Below, in pieces: positions 39,195 through 52,857 of a stretch of 64,000 nt of DNA. Under the pieces are notes generated by a model, which was not told the DNA's origin, ran no database searches, and saw nothing but the letters and a program-made list of their open reading frames with translations. Source of the stretch: Octopus sinensis (Eukaryota); contig NW_021831987.1 of NCBI RefSeq assembly GCF_006345805.1, positions 1 through 64,000 on the forward strand, read 5' to 3'. A program made the translations under genes and the position numbers. Position 1 is the first letter of the stretch, and each line of letters begins with the position of its first letter.

Positions 39195-39975
39195 CGTCCC
39201 TGTTGTATTCCTCTGAAATATTGATCTATTACGAAAGATGGCGCAAGTTGCTAAATGGTTCCACCAAAAATGCCTTCGCTGCATTTTAAACATTAAACGG
39301 AACTTTTTTTTTACTCCAGGGACAGATGTATTTTGCATCTACAGGTATCAATTCACTTGAATCAATGATCTTGAAAAATCGAACGAGATCGTCTGGCCAC
39401 ATTGTTCGATTGGCAGATGAACGAACATACAAATAGCTGTTGTATGGCAAACTTGCAGAAGGGAAACCTGATCAGTGTAAACCTAAAAAGAGGTTTAAGG
39501 ACTACCATGAAATCACTTGGAATGGATACAAAGGCCATAGAAGCCCTTACTTCGGATCGAGGTGGATGGCGAACAAAAATGTGGAGTGGAGAGAAAGCTT
39601 TTGAAGAAACCAGGATGATCCATGCGAAACTCAGGAGAAATTTGAAAGAAAAATGTTACGATCAACGAGAAAATTAATCCCAACTATATTTTTGCACATT
39701 TTTGTGCACAATTTGTGGACTCAACTCCCATTTGAGGAACTATGGAAAACGAACTTCCACCAACTACGCTGCCTATATATTTGTGCATACCTGCCAATGC
39801 TACATATCCCATAAGGCGTGCAATTCTAACGGAGACTTCAACAGACATTTCAAGATCCACAAAGATCAGAACTGAATTGCAGCTCTTGGTGGTCCACATC
39901 AGATATGCAATTTGTGTGGATATCCTTTCAATACATTTCTGGTTGAAAAGCTACATCAGACGCCATGATGGATGA
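39195..39975 (+). pseudogene. RTE-clade LINE C-terminus with three C2H2 finger remnants
   Basis: FHQKCLRCILNIK, SGHIVRLADER, LLYGKLAEGK..KPKKRFKD, EALTSDRGGWR, followed by the fingers. Confidence 0.8.
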
Positions 39976-40036
39976 TCTAAGGTGTAAGTATAAGTGGTGG
40001 TCAGACTCTGCATAAGGAGACGACCATATAATATGT

Positions 40037-40092
<56 letters not shown>

Positions 40093-40687
40093 ACAAAATG
40101 GGACGAAAACAAAACATCCAGATCCAGATAGACGATACAAAAAAACAAGGACGGGTCATTCGAAGTTTTCTTTCCTCGGTCAAGTACCTGATTATCTTCG
40201 CAATTTCGGCTGATTATACTTGAGATTGCTCCAATCTGGCCAATATATATTTGAGGAGACCTGAAAGTTTCGTTAGCATGTCGAACAAAAATGCTTAAGC
40301 TCATTCGGTCCGGCTCTTTACTTTCTGAGTTCGAATCATGCCTTGTCAACTTTGTCAACTTTGTCATCGTGATCAATAAAATACCAGTCAAGTACGGGAG
40401 TCGATGTAATCAACTTGTCCGGTCCCCCAAAGTTGCTGGTCTTGAATCCTACAACAGACTGTTTCCCGTTCAAAGAGGAACGTTGTAATCTCAGTCAATT
40501 AATCCCTAGAAGCCGAGTAACTGGTCTTCTAAGTCCTAGGGTTCACGAATAATCACACTCACACACATACATACGCACACATACATACACACACACATGT
40601 GCATGTATGTATGTATGTATGTATGTATGTATGTATGTATGTGTGTATGCATGTATGTATGTATGTATGTGTGTATGTTTGTATGTT

Positions 40688-41030
40688 GTGGAGACGCGAT
40701 GGCCCAATGGTTAGGGCAGCGGACTCGCGGTTTCGATTGCCAGACCGGGCATTATGAGTGTTTATTGAACGAAAACCCCTAAAGCTCTACGAAGCTCCGG
40801 CAGGGGACGGTGGTAAACTCTGCTGTACTCTTTCTCTCACTCTTCTTGTTTCTGTTGTACTTGAATTTTCAAAGGGCTAGCCTTGTCACGCTGAATCTCC
40901 CCGAGAATTACGTTCAGAGTACACGTGTCTGTGGAGTGCTCAGCCACTTGCACGTTAATTTCACGAGCAGGCTGTTCCGTTGATTGGAATCAAATGGAAC
41001 CCTCGTCGTCGTAACCGACGGAGTGCCACT
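40688..41030 (+). mobile_element. SINE family B
   Basis: Homology to 56307. Confidence 0.85.
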
Positions 41031-42467
41031 ATTCATTCTATATATGTATGTATGCTATGTTTGCGTTTTTCAGGGCTGATGTGAATGGAGGATTTTGATG
41101 CCAACGATTAGCTTTGAGATGAGAAAGAATAGATAGGAAGCAATGGGAAAAATCATCGCCATATCTCAGCGTCTTCATCGTTGAAGTGCGACGTCTGCAT
41201 TCAACGAATGCCAACATTCCTAGCAGTGCTGGAATATAACAGTGTCAGATCAAAATCAAGCAGTGTTATCCGAGGGAAGAGTGTTGGCAATACTAAAACC
41301 CACATATAATACATCTGGGGAGCTATCGTCTGCAACTGTTGCTAGAACCGACAGCATTACTTAGGCTGATAGTCCACAGGGCAAATCAGCCAACAGATAG
41401 GGAAGGGGATTCCTAGTAAAGCAAAGAGAGAGAGGGGGAGGAAGGAGTGAAGGAGTGAAGAGAGTGGAGGAAGGAGAAAAGGAGGAGGAAGGTGCAAATA
41501 GTGAGTGAAGGGGTGAGGGAGAACACATAACTATAGCGAGAGGTTATCCTAGAGACATGCGACCGAAAAATATTATAAAACCTGTTGACAACTGTTGATG
41601 AATTGTAACTTTTATTAAAATCATTCTTTCCCAAGAAAAGTCGGTGTTTTTCACCTCCTCTCATTCCTCCCCCTCGTCTTTCTCCTTCTAATTTTTTCTT
41701 CTTTGTATATTTATTTATTATTTTATTCTTGACATTGTGATGTCTGAAACGTCGGTGAAGTCAGGTTAGCCGACACAATGCTAGTCGAGACGAATCAGGC
41801 TAACATTTTGGCAGTTGTCAGAAGTTCTCTCAGGAATGAAGAGCTTGTCAATGTTTACTATCTTATATCCCCAGTGATAGGAAAATATATCCTTTCTGGA
41901 GAAAATTTGGTGAAAAATCTTTAACGATATAAGAATCTTTAACGGCCAAAAGGAAGGAAAAATAAAAAGAAAAGGTTACCAATACTTGGCTCTCTTGTTT
42001 CAGCCATTGGTTTGCGGCCATGCTGGAGTGCTGCCGTGATAATTCAATTCCAATATTTATGTCTTTTTTAAGTTTGGTATTTACTCTATCGGTCTCTTTT
42101 GCTGAACCGCTAAGCATTTTGTGGACATCTTTGAATTCTTTCTTGATTTTGCACGAGACCAGCAAATTTTTAGAAAAAGGGAACACGGAAGTCGATTATA
42201 CCAACCTCAGTGAGCAGCTAGTATTTATTTTACCGTCTTCGAAAGGATAAAAGGTAAAGTCGATTTCAATGGCATTTGAACTCAGAGCGTCAATAAGTCT
42301 CAAGAAATGCCGCTAAGCTTTTTGTCCAACGTGCTAACGAGTCTGCCATATTAACTAATTAATACCACGTGTATCCCTTTTGCAATTAATCTTCGTAAGT
42401 CTATGCTCGTATGTTATATTCGGTAATAAAGCTATTATATTAAATATAATATATATATATATGCATG

Positions 42468-42543
<76 letters not shown>

Positions 42544-43051
42544 ATATATATGCATGTATGTATATTATATATATATATATATATATAGTTTAATTATCTA
42601 AGAATTACTACTAAGAGATCGTATCTTGAATATAATGAACTCAATAATATCGTTGTGTATGTTTGGTTGTATATATAAGCTTAGAAGTATATGTATATAT
42701 TCACGCTTAGGCACATATATAACAATATATATATATATATATATATCTATATTTATATATATATATATATATTATATATATATATGAATTAGCAGCTAAG
42801 GGTCGGTTTGGATATGATGAGCCTGTAAAACCTGTTCTGTGTAAACATTCGATTTGTTTGGGCTCGCTTATGTTAAAAAACAATTTTAGAATGACTTTTT
42901 CCGTCAAAACGCTACAAGTAACTGACCAACAAAAAAAAACAATAACCAAGATTCAACCAAATCAAAAAATAAACCCAAATACTAAGCGAACAAAGATCAA
43001 CCACCTAGCCGTTTGACCTTGAATCCTAAGAAAAGAAAGAATTTCCCATGT

Positions 43052-43094
<43 letters not shown>

Positions 43095-43400
43095 TACATA
43101 TCTTGTCAGTTGTGGAACGCGACTGTCACTGCATAAACCTGATGATTGCGTAACGCATGAAAGTACTAGTTTATTTCAATATTGTAGAATTGTAAAACTG
43201 GCAAATAATAAAACATGAAAATCAGATTAAGTTGGAATTTTATTGATTAATATATTCTATACACAACCATACAAACTATCTGTCTGTCTATCTATCTATC
43301 TATCAATCTATCTATCTATATATCTATCTATCTATCTATCTATCTATCTTCTATCTATCTATCTATCTATTTGTCTGTCTGTCAATCAATTTATATATAA

Positions 43401-43556
43401 TAATCAAAGGACATACTGAGTATGTCTACCTCCTGGAAATAACAGTCAAAACTCTGATTTAAACCGCCGAAAAAATAACAATAACTACGACGGTTTAAAT
43501 AAGAGTTTTGACTATTATTTCCAGCAGCTAGACATGTCCAGTATGTCCTCTGATTA
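43401..43556. repeat. Fold-back, about 66-bp arms
   Basis: TAATCAAAGGACATACTG..GGAAATAACAGTCAAAACTC..TTTAAACCG pairs with CGGTTTAAA..GAGTTTTGACTATTATTTCC..CAGTATGTCCTCTGATTA. Confidence 0.85.
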
Positions 43557-43722
43557 ATATATATTTTAATCCTTCAGCTATTTCATGATTTTGCGGGGTC
43601 TGTAATAGCCTATATTACTAATTCTGTTACTATCAATTTAATTATATATACCTTAGATATTAATAATAGAGTTATTGGTATCTTCGCAAATATTTTCTAC
43701 TGAATTATTTGCTCTGTATTGG

Positions 43723-43762
<40 letters not shown>

Positions 43763-43940
43763 TCGAAATGAGGTGTAGATAGAGAGCCGACAACTGACGA
43801 AGGGTAGTTTTTATGTTACTTGTCTTACTTTCCATTTGTTTCTCTCGTTCTTTGCGTATGAATTCATTTGTTTTTGTATTTCGTGTTGTTTACTGTTTGG
43901 TGGCGTCCGTATCCCTACTATAATGTATGTATATATATTA

Positions 43941-44018
<78 letters not shown>

Positions 44019-44022
<4 letters not shown>

Positions 44023-44240
44023 GAAATTTACAGAAAAACAAAAGACGAAGACAAGTATATAAACAACAAGCAGATGTATTAATTTGACGCTCGGAAAAAT
44101 GAGAAAATCTTTTACGATTCGAGCCTACGCTCTTCAACAGAAAGGAACATGAGGAAATAAACAGAGCGAGAGAGAGAGAGAGAGGGAGAGAGAATAAAAA
44201 AATACTTGTGGGTTTATCGATCAAGGCCGTGACTAGCTAC
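44019..44240 (-). mobile_element. Solo Penelope pseudo-LTR with mutated CUGUUGA HHR (44107-44146)
   Basis: Minus strand CTTT-CTGTTGA-AGAGCGTAGGCTC-GAATCGTA-AAAG; ends in (TA)n. Confidence 0.8.
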
Positions 44241-44716
44241 AATATCACCAGCCGGAAGATACTTTTTTGTAGAGGACGAAGACACGAAAACCAAGTCTTG
44301 GGTGAAGTGGGCAACGCTGTTGGAATACTGCCAATATGAAGGCCAATCTATAGTTAGATTGGTCTTCCTACTGTCAAGAAGAGATAGACATCCCTCTGTG
44401 ATTAATACAATAATACAGTATCGCCTGATGAAATGAATCAATGATGATGATCAACCGGATGCCCAAGGATAATGCGGATTATACTGTACTAATCCCAGGA
44501 CACTGACTCTGATTTTAAAATCATGTGATTTGTAGAAACGCGTGTAGCGATGTAGTAAATATTTATAAATTCTATCCTAGAACTGTTATTATCTTTCTCT
44601 CAAAGACAGGCATACACGCTCTCTCTCTCTCACACACACCCGCTGTCTCTCTTTCTTTCTCTGTCTCTCTCACACAATACACACACATTCTTTCTCTGGT
44701 ACACACACACTCTCTT

Positions 44717-44753
<37 letters not shown>

Positions 44754-45009
44754 CTCTCTCTTTCGTACAGTACGAGAGAGAGAGAGTGTGTGTGTGTATT
44801 GCGTGTGTGTGTGAGAGAGAGAGTGTGTGCACGAGAGAGAGTGTGAACGAGAGAGAGTGTGAACGAGAGAGAGTGTGAACGAGAGAGAGTGTGTGTGTGT
44901 ACGAGAGTGTGTGTGCACGAGAGTGTGTGTGTGTGTACGAAATAGAGTGTGTGTGTACCAGAGAAAGAATCTGTGTGTATTGTGTGAGAGAGAGAAAAAG
45001 ACACAGCGG

Positions 45010-45045
<36 letters not shown>

Positions 45046-45079
45046 TAGAGAGAGAGAGAGATCGTGTGTGCCTGTCTTT

Positions 45080-45110
<31 letters not shown>

Positions 45111-46040
45111 GGGGTATGAGAGAGAGAGAGGGGGGTATGAGAGAGAGAGAGAGAGGGAGAAAGAGTGTGTGTGTGTGTGCGTGTGTGCGTGTGTGCGTGC
45201 ATGCTTGTTAGCCCCATTTGGCATTCATTGAGCAGACTTTGACCGAAAGTGCTTGAGCCATGATCATCTCATAATCCCACGATTTTAGACGATTAACAAT
45301 ACATATATTTGAGGTTTTGCTGTTATTTCTAGGAGTTCGACCGACCACCAAGAGGACCGTGTTTGTTCTTTTTCGCTCGTTACTGCCGACCATTTTCTAC
45401 ACGTGCTTCATGTGTATTCTTCAGTTTATTTACTTGTTCTGTTTGTGTATTTACACAGCAAGATGTCGCTGCTGTATACTATTTCTATGTCTATTATGGT
45501 CTGGCGAGTCTAAATATCTCGTAATTGTGTCTGGTTTGGATTTGTTCCTCGGGTTTAATCTTCTACAAGGCGCAGCTTTGTTTTAGGGGTCACTCAGCAT
45601 GTTTGGAGAACATTTACAGACAAACACAGACATTTACGAGGACGCACACCTACACACACATACATACGGTATACACACACATGTATATACACACACGTGT
45701 ATACACAATAATGGCCTTAGAAATACATTTGCATACATATGTTCTATGTTATATATATAATGTGTGTAGAAATATGTCTGTGTGTATGCGTGCGCGCGGA
45801 TGTGTGTATGTGTGTGTATTTATATATATATGTATGTGTGTGTGTATATATAGGAAAGCAAAAGAGGAGAGAAAAGAAGAAAATAGTGTGTATACGTCTA
45901 CGCACGCTCCTATATAGACGTATACAGACATCTATATAATTACACATAATCATATACACGCATTCTACACAAACAACACAACACACAGACACACATACAT
46001 GCATGCATACATACATACATATATACATACATACATACAT

Positions 46041-46071
<31 letters not shown>

Positions 46072-46101
46072 TATATACATACATACACACACACATACAT
46101 A

Positions 46102-46300
46102 TACGAGTCTGATCAATAAGTGTCTAGACTCTTGCCATAGTAACGAAGCTAAAACACGCAGAGTAAAGCTGATTGGCAAAGATTGAACTTGAACTCTGCT
46201 GTGAATGCACTCTAAACTTTAACGTTCTAGTGCACTTCCGCTGTTTAAAGTAGTGCATGGAAGGAAGGTGTGTAGCGTGTGGTCGTCGCATTTACCATGA
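46102..46300 (+). mobile_element. Mariner-like left end
   Basis: TA-CGAGTCTGATCAATAAGT..GACT resembles a mariner TIR; no partner TIR seen. Confidence 0.4.
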
Positions 46301-46590
46301 AAGAGAAACTCACCTCAAGGGGAAAATCGCTTCAATGAAATTCTCTTCTACAATTCATATACACGGCGGGCTTCCGCCTAGTTTCTTCCTACAAAATAAA
46401 ACACACGGCATTGGTCGGGCCAGGGTTACAGTAGGCGATACTTGAAAAATGTGCCACTTAGTGAAACTGAACCTGAAACCAAGTTTTTAACAATACAACC
46501 TATGCCAAAGGTTGACCAATACCTTGTGGGTGAATTGAGAAGGAATTTTGATCGGGAGGGGCTAGGTGGAAGCCCACCATATACATATAT

Positions 46591-46666
<76 letters not shown>

Positions 46667-46669
46667 CAA

Positions 46670-46870
46670 TTGTCCGGCATTCGCCATGACAGATCGGTAG
46701 CCACTACACACTTTTTTTTTCACTCCTTGTTTCTGTCTGTGTTCCTTTCTGTGGAAGAGCGTAGGCTCGAAACGTTAAAGACTTTTTCAATTCCCGAGCG
46801 TTATACTTATACATTTGTTCGTTTTCTACACCACCTGACTTCGTCTTTTTTTTTGGGGGGGGGATTCTCC
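46670..46870 (+). mobile_element. Solo Penelope pseudo-LTR with HHR (46744-46781, core CTGTGGA)
   Basis: CTTT-CTGTGGA-AGAGCGTAGGCTC-GAAACGTT-AAAG; flanked by TA repeats. Confidence 0.8.
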
Positions 46871-46923
46871 CTATATATATATGTGTGTGTGTGTGTGTAT
46901 GTGTGTGTGTATGTATATAAATA

Positions 46924-47160
46924 CAGGGTGTTCAAAAAGTCTCCCCGCAGTGATTTTTTGAGATTCTCCAAGATGTATTGCAAAACATGTGTAGAAGAGT
47001 CAACTTATGCATTGAAAGCAAAGGACGACATTTTCAACACGTCTTATAAAGTTTTTTAAAGTCTTGTAAAGTCTAATATATTTTTTTGTAGTCTTATAGC
47101 ATCTTATAAATATTTATTTTGCAATAAAATACTTACTGCGGGGAGACTTTTTGTATACAC
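46924..47160. mobile_element. Tc1/mariner-type MITE
   Basis: TA-CAGGGTGTTCAAAAAGTCTCCCCGCAGT ... ACTGCGGGGAGACTTTTTG terminal inverted repeats. Confidence 0.8.
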
Positions 47161-47164
47161 ACAA

Positions 47165-47213
<49 letters not shown>

Positions 47214-47577
47214 CGTGTATGTATGTGGACGTTTGTGTGATTGTGGTATTAGTATTCACGGCCCTTAATCCATGTTATATTGGTGGCGTCGTTTTATTTG
47301 TGACTTTTCATATTTCCCTAGTTACACATACACCAACTCTGTTTAGACAACTTATATTCGGATTCATCATTGCATACGATTCCATAGAGTCACACATGAA
47401 TTTTAATCATATTCTTTACTCTTCTTTTTCTTTGGCGCGTCTTCGCAGCAAGGAAATGTTGTTACTGATGAAATCATTATCGTTAAGAAAATATATCTTT
47501 TATCTTTTACTTGCTTCAGTCATTTGACAGCGGCCATGCTGGGGCACTGCATTGATATATATATATATATATATATA

Positions 47578-47622
<45 letters not shown>

Positions 47623-48119
47623 TGTGTGTATGTGTGTGTATATCGTCGAACAAAAAAAGAATTTAAATAAAAATTATTAATCATGAAGTTATTTGAAAAT
47701 AAGTGACACGAACCTGAAAGCTTCCCCTTCCAAAAGGTTCGTGTCATTCTGTTTTTACAAGATTTTTATTTTTATTTTGTCAATGATAATTATTGTAAGA
47801 ATATCTTTATTTAAATATTGTGACTGTATCAAGAAAGTTTTATAAAAACTGTTTTTAAAAACACACGCACAAATATATAACAACAAATTGTTCGTTTATT
47901 AAAATTATCTGCGTCTCTGGAGGACGTGTCATGGCTCCAGATGAGCAGGGAAGATGATATCAAAAATCAAGAATTTTCTTCAAAGTTGAGATGCCGTCAA
48001 TGAAAAGGACAAACTAACGGTATGAAGATGACGAGGACAGTATTGCATACGTGTTTCTTGTTCAATACTCGTCACCATCAGGAGAATTGTTTTGACATTA
48101 CCTCCAATAACCAGGGGAC

Positions 48120-48435
48120 TTGTTGTTGTTGGTTGTTATTTCTCGAGCCATGCTTGGCTCATGAAGCCCAGTTTCCCGGTTTCATTGACGTATAGGTCCC
48201 CCACCTGAATGTGACGTCGGTCCGTCGCAGGTGAGCTGCTAGATGCAGGTGGAAAGATTGAGAGAAAGTTGTGGCGAAAGAGTTAGCAGAACATTATTTA
48301 CATTATTTACAATTGACGGATATTTGTCCTCATTTTGTTTGTTGTTAACACGCCATATGCCCGTAGGCATATGGCGTAGTGGTTAAGAGCGCGGGCTACT
48401 AACCTCAAGATTCCGAGTTCGATTCCAGGCATTGA

Positions 48436-48477
<42 letters not shown>

Positions 48478-48815
48478 TAATAATAATAATAACATCGAAA
48501 AATACCTTAGGAATGAGAACCTAGGTTCGAAATTTCCCCCAAGACACATGATGAAGGCTGGAGGGTATATCAGCCGAAAGGATGTGTTAACAACAAACAA
48601 GATGAGGACAAATATCCGTCAATTGCAAATAAGGAAAATAATATACATAAGTCCTCATCTCTTAAATATAGAACAAAGTCAGCAGAAGTTCGCCATTACC
48701 CTCTGCCGGAGCCGCGTGGAGCATAGGTGTTTCGTTCATTAACACACACATCGCCCGGTCTCAGATTCGAGCCCGCGAATCCGCTGCTCTAATCAGTAGG
48801 CCATGTACCTCCACT
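48120..48815 (-). mobile_element. SINE family B variant split by the HHR-SINE insertion
   Basis: Halves 48120-48291 and 48677-48815 join into a homolog of 17385-17688. Confidence 0.75.
48292..48676 (+). mobile_element. tRNA-headed HHR-SINE with inverted deleted partner; HHR core decayed (48543-48588)
   Basis: A box TGGCGTAGTGG at 48372, B box GAGTTCGATTCC at 48415, (AAT)n, HHR module. TSD AGTTAGCAGAA/AGTCAGCAGAA (48281-48291 and 48677-48687). Confidence 0.85.
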
Positions 48816-49225
48816 AAAGACTTACACTTATTGAAAAAGAAGAGAACACAGTTATGTATTAGCATGCATATGTATAAATTGACAGGATGAGATAAAAACA
48901 ATCCAAGGCTGTAAATAGTTTTCAGAACATTCATAAAGCAAAGGTCTTACAGCTGTTTCCGGGATATTTTATATATCCCTTCAGAAATTGGAGTCAAGAA
49001 GGAGTGCGATTGGACATTTATTTATTATTCGATACAATTGTCTCGACGCAACGTAGTTCTCCAAGAATACAAACATTTGATTTTGTAACTGTTTGTTTGC
49101 ATAATGAGATCTAACTGTGTTTCCTCAGGCGAGAACGTATATAATAATACTCCCTGATAGTACTGGGCAATTCTGAGGTGGACGAGCATTATACTGTACT
49201 CTATCAGGTTCCTAACGGATTATAG

Positions 49226-49256
<31 letters not shown>

Positions 49257-50525
49257 TGTGTATATACACGTATGCATCTATATATATCGTCTATGCATGT
49301 AAGTGCTTCTAAGTAGATATAAACCACAAACACTGATTGAACGAGGGACTCAATACATGCATTGACTCTATTGCAGTTTTGTTCACAATGAGTAGCGACT
49401 GGATGAATGTTCACCTTCGAATAAAAGAGTTATACCTGCAAAATGTGTATGGATTTTCGTTTTCTCTCGCATAGTGACACTAAAGAAATTGTAACTAGAC
49501 GTGCACACAAAAAAAAACAATCATCCTATATATAAGATTTGATCTGCACATACATACGCACGTACATATATGCATACATACATACGTACTTACATACATA
49601 CATACAATCACACATGCTTGTATACACACATACATACAATACGTACAAAACATGTACTCATAAATACATATATACATACTTATACAGATACTCACAAACA
49701 TACACACACATCATATACACATAATACATACATGCATGCATGCACGCACGCATACATGCATACATACATACATACATACATACATACATACATACATGCA
49801 TACATACATACATACATACATACATACATACATACATACATACATACATACATACACACATAGACATCCATAAATACATACGTACACGCAACACTATTTT
49901 TCTCATTCACAATATTTATTCTAACTCCGTGGGCGTAACACCTGTTTCTCTGTTGATAGCAATCAGCAACTGTAACCCGAGGCAAAGGGTGGGGCCTCCA
50001 GTGTCTGAAACACGCGCACTCCTGCATATCGATCTCACACAGTCGGAAGGTTACGTGTAAAATGTCAGTTGTCAACATCCCGCGGCCGCCCACCGACACG
50101 CGAAACGGATAGCATTTTTAACGAAGATAAGTTAAAATCTTGTTCAAATATTATGTATGTACATTTTTTTGTACGTATACATGGGTTTGTGTTGAACATT
50201 CACACATATTTTTACACATGAACATAGATTCGAATATATATGTGTATATATTTATATATATATGCATTATGTGTATATACACATGCATAAATGCACACAT
50301 ACGTACACATAAATGCACACATACATAACTACACACAAACATATATTCAAACTGATACATGCATATACATACATTCATACATGCATGCATACATACATAC
50401 ATACATACATACGTACATACACACATACATACATTCATACATGCATGCATACATACATACATACATACATACATACGTACATACATACATACATACATAC
50501 ATATATGCATACATACATACATACA

Positions 50526-50558
<33 letters not shown>

Positions 50559-50925
50559 GCATGCATACATACACGTCTAGAATCCATGAAAAAACTGTGG
50601 GCTTTGGGTTTTTCTTTCTGTCAGTTTTTTTCTCTCCATTATTGCGTTTCTTTTCATCTGGCTCTAGATTTTCTAATTTTTATTTTCCTTAACTCTTCCT
50701 TGTAGTGATTGACTCACAATTTTCGTTATATCTTCTCTCTGTCTCTAACTGTTTATCAATCTATCTATAGGTCTACCTCTTTCTCTCTCTCCCCCTCTCT
50801 ATCTCCCCTCTCTCTCCCCCTCTCTCACCATGTATATTTATACATATATTTATACATGTATATATGTGTATGTGTGTGTATGCATGGATGACGCATGTCT
50901 ATGAGTATATATGTATGCATGCATG

Positions 50926-51031
<106 letters not shown>

Positions 51032-51032
51032 C

Positions 51033-51124
<92 letters not shown>

Positions 51125-51806
51125 TTCGCTCAATTCTTTCACTCTTTGAAAATCTAACACCAGATTTCCCTAATGTCTCCAACACTCGCACTTTGATAAC
51201 ATACACATATCCTGCTTCTATCTCTTTCTATGTCTCGGTGTCTCCCATACTTACACTTTCTTTCTCTCTCTCTCTCTCTTTCACTTTCTATTTATCTATC
51301 TATATATCTCTCTTTCTCTCTCGCTCATTCCCATTCTCTCACGCCGTATAATACTATTTTTATTTTATCACATTACCTCTCTAATATCTTTTGTTTTATT
51401 GTACACTACATTTTTCCTTCTAACTCTCTTCACTTACGTAAGCTACCGGTTGCTGCTTATTTCTTTCCCTCTCAGTCTCCCTTTATAATACTCTCTTTTT
51501 CTCCTTCTGTCACCTCTTTCTGCACAGTCACTAATTTCTCATCCAAGTGCGGTCGAAACAAAGAAAGGAATAACCGCAAAACGTGACTTGACGTTACATT
51601 TAATTTCATATCCTTGTTAAAGCCATTGCCTGAAGCGATGCTAGAACTCCGCCTTGAAAGTGTTTTTAGTAAAAACCTGGTACTTATGTTAAACGCCGTT
51701 TTTACCGAACCGCTAAGTTACAGTTACATAAATAGATCAACACCAATTGTCAAGCGGTGCGAGGAACAAACACAGGCACAAAGATACACGCACTCACGTA
51801 CATACA

Positions 51807-51886
<80 letters not shown>

Positions 51887-52349
51887 GTTGAAATTGACAG
51901 AAAAATAAAAGACGAAGACAGGAGTATAAACGACAAGCAGGTTTATTAGTTTGACGCATATATATGTTAATGCTCACTGCATATTCAGTACTCCAGCATG
52001 ACCGCAATCAAAAGATTGAAACTAGGAACAAAAATACAAGAATAAGGCAAATTTGTCATGAATCATTTTGCAATGATTAATGACACGCTGTGATCAACTG
52101 GAAGAGAATTCGTGGCGAAAAGTAATGTCCGAGACCGGGCAGCTGTCTACTGTTGTACTTTCATCACAATCTCGATTTTCTGACCTTTAACGCTACATAA
52201 TACAGAAGGTCTTTACTTTTGTGATAGCTCTGCATCATATGATCGTACGATTGTATGATCTCATATCAACAGTAATTTCTGTAAGGGACTTTTCAATCAC
52301 GCATATATGTCTGTTTTGTATGTGCACATATGCACAAATTCGCACACAT

Positions 52350-52710
52350 ACGGTGAACCCCGCTGTACTCTTTCACCACAACTTTTTCTCACTCTTTCTT
52401 CCTACAAAGCAGAGGATCCATGGTGTAACCCACTATGGTGTGGTAAACTTTCAGACCCTAGTCTAGATTGCGAATCCTCTGTACCCCAGGATGGTTCAGC
52501 TCTCCACCAGTTAAAAGCTACCATTTACGAAATCAGGATAACAACGCAGCTTTCGCGCCCGTGCAACCGCCAGTCTATCGCGTGTGGTGGGTGGATCTTC
52601 AAGTTTCCACACGCATTCTTACTAGCTTAGAGTAGGCTCGAATTAGATATTATTCTTTGTGGCTGACGGCGTGAGTCCTGATTGGAAGAAGAAGAAGAAG
52701 AAGAAGAAGG
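52350..52710 (+). mobile_element. 5'-truncated chimeric SINE (family B body plus 300-bp tail ending in (GAA)n)
   Basis: Homolog of 57760-58135. Confidence 0.8.
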
Positions 52711-52857
52711 AGACAGCAGCAGCAGCAGCAGCAACAATGGCAGCAACTTCTAGAATAACGGCATCCATACCACTACTAACACTAAAACCACACCACTCCT
52801 TTTATATGTATGCTTCTGCGTATATCAGTGTTGTAACGTTGATTTACAACAGGTCTG

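Noticed and set aside
48366-48440. tRNA gene (ACT anticodon-like loop)
   Set aside because: Acceptor stem does not pair convincingly; it is the head of a repeated element.
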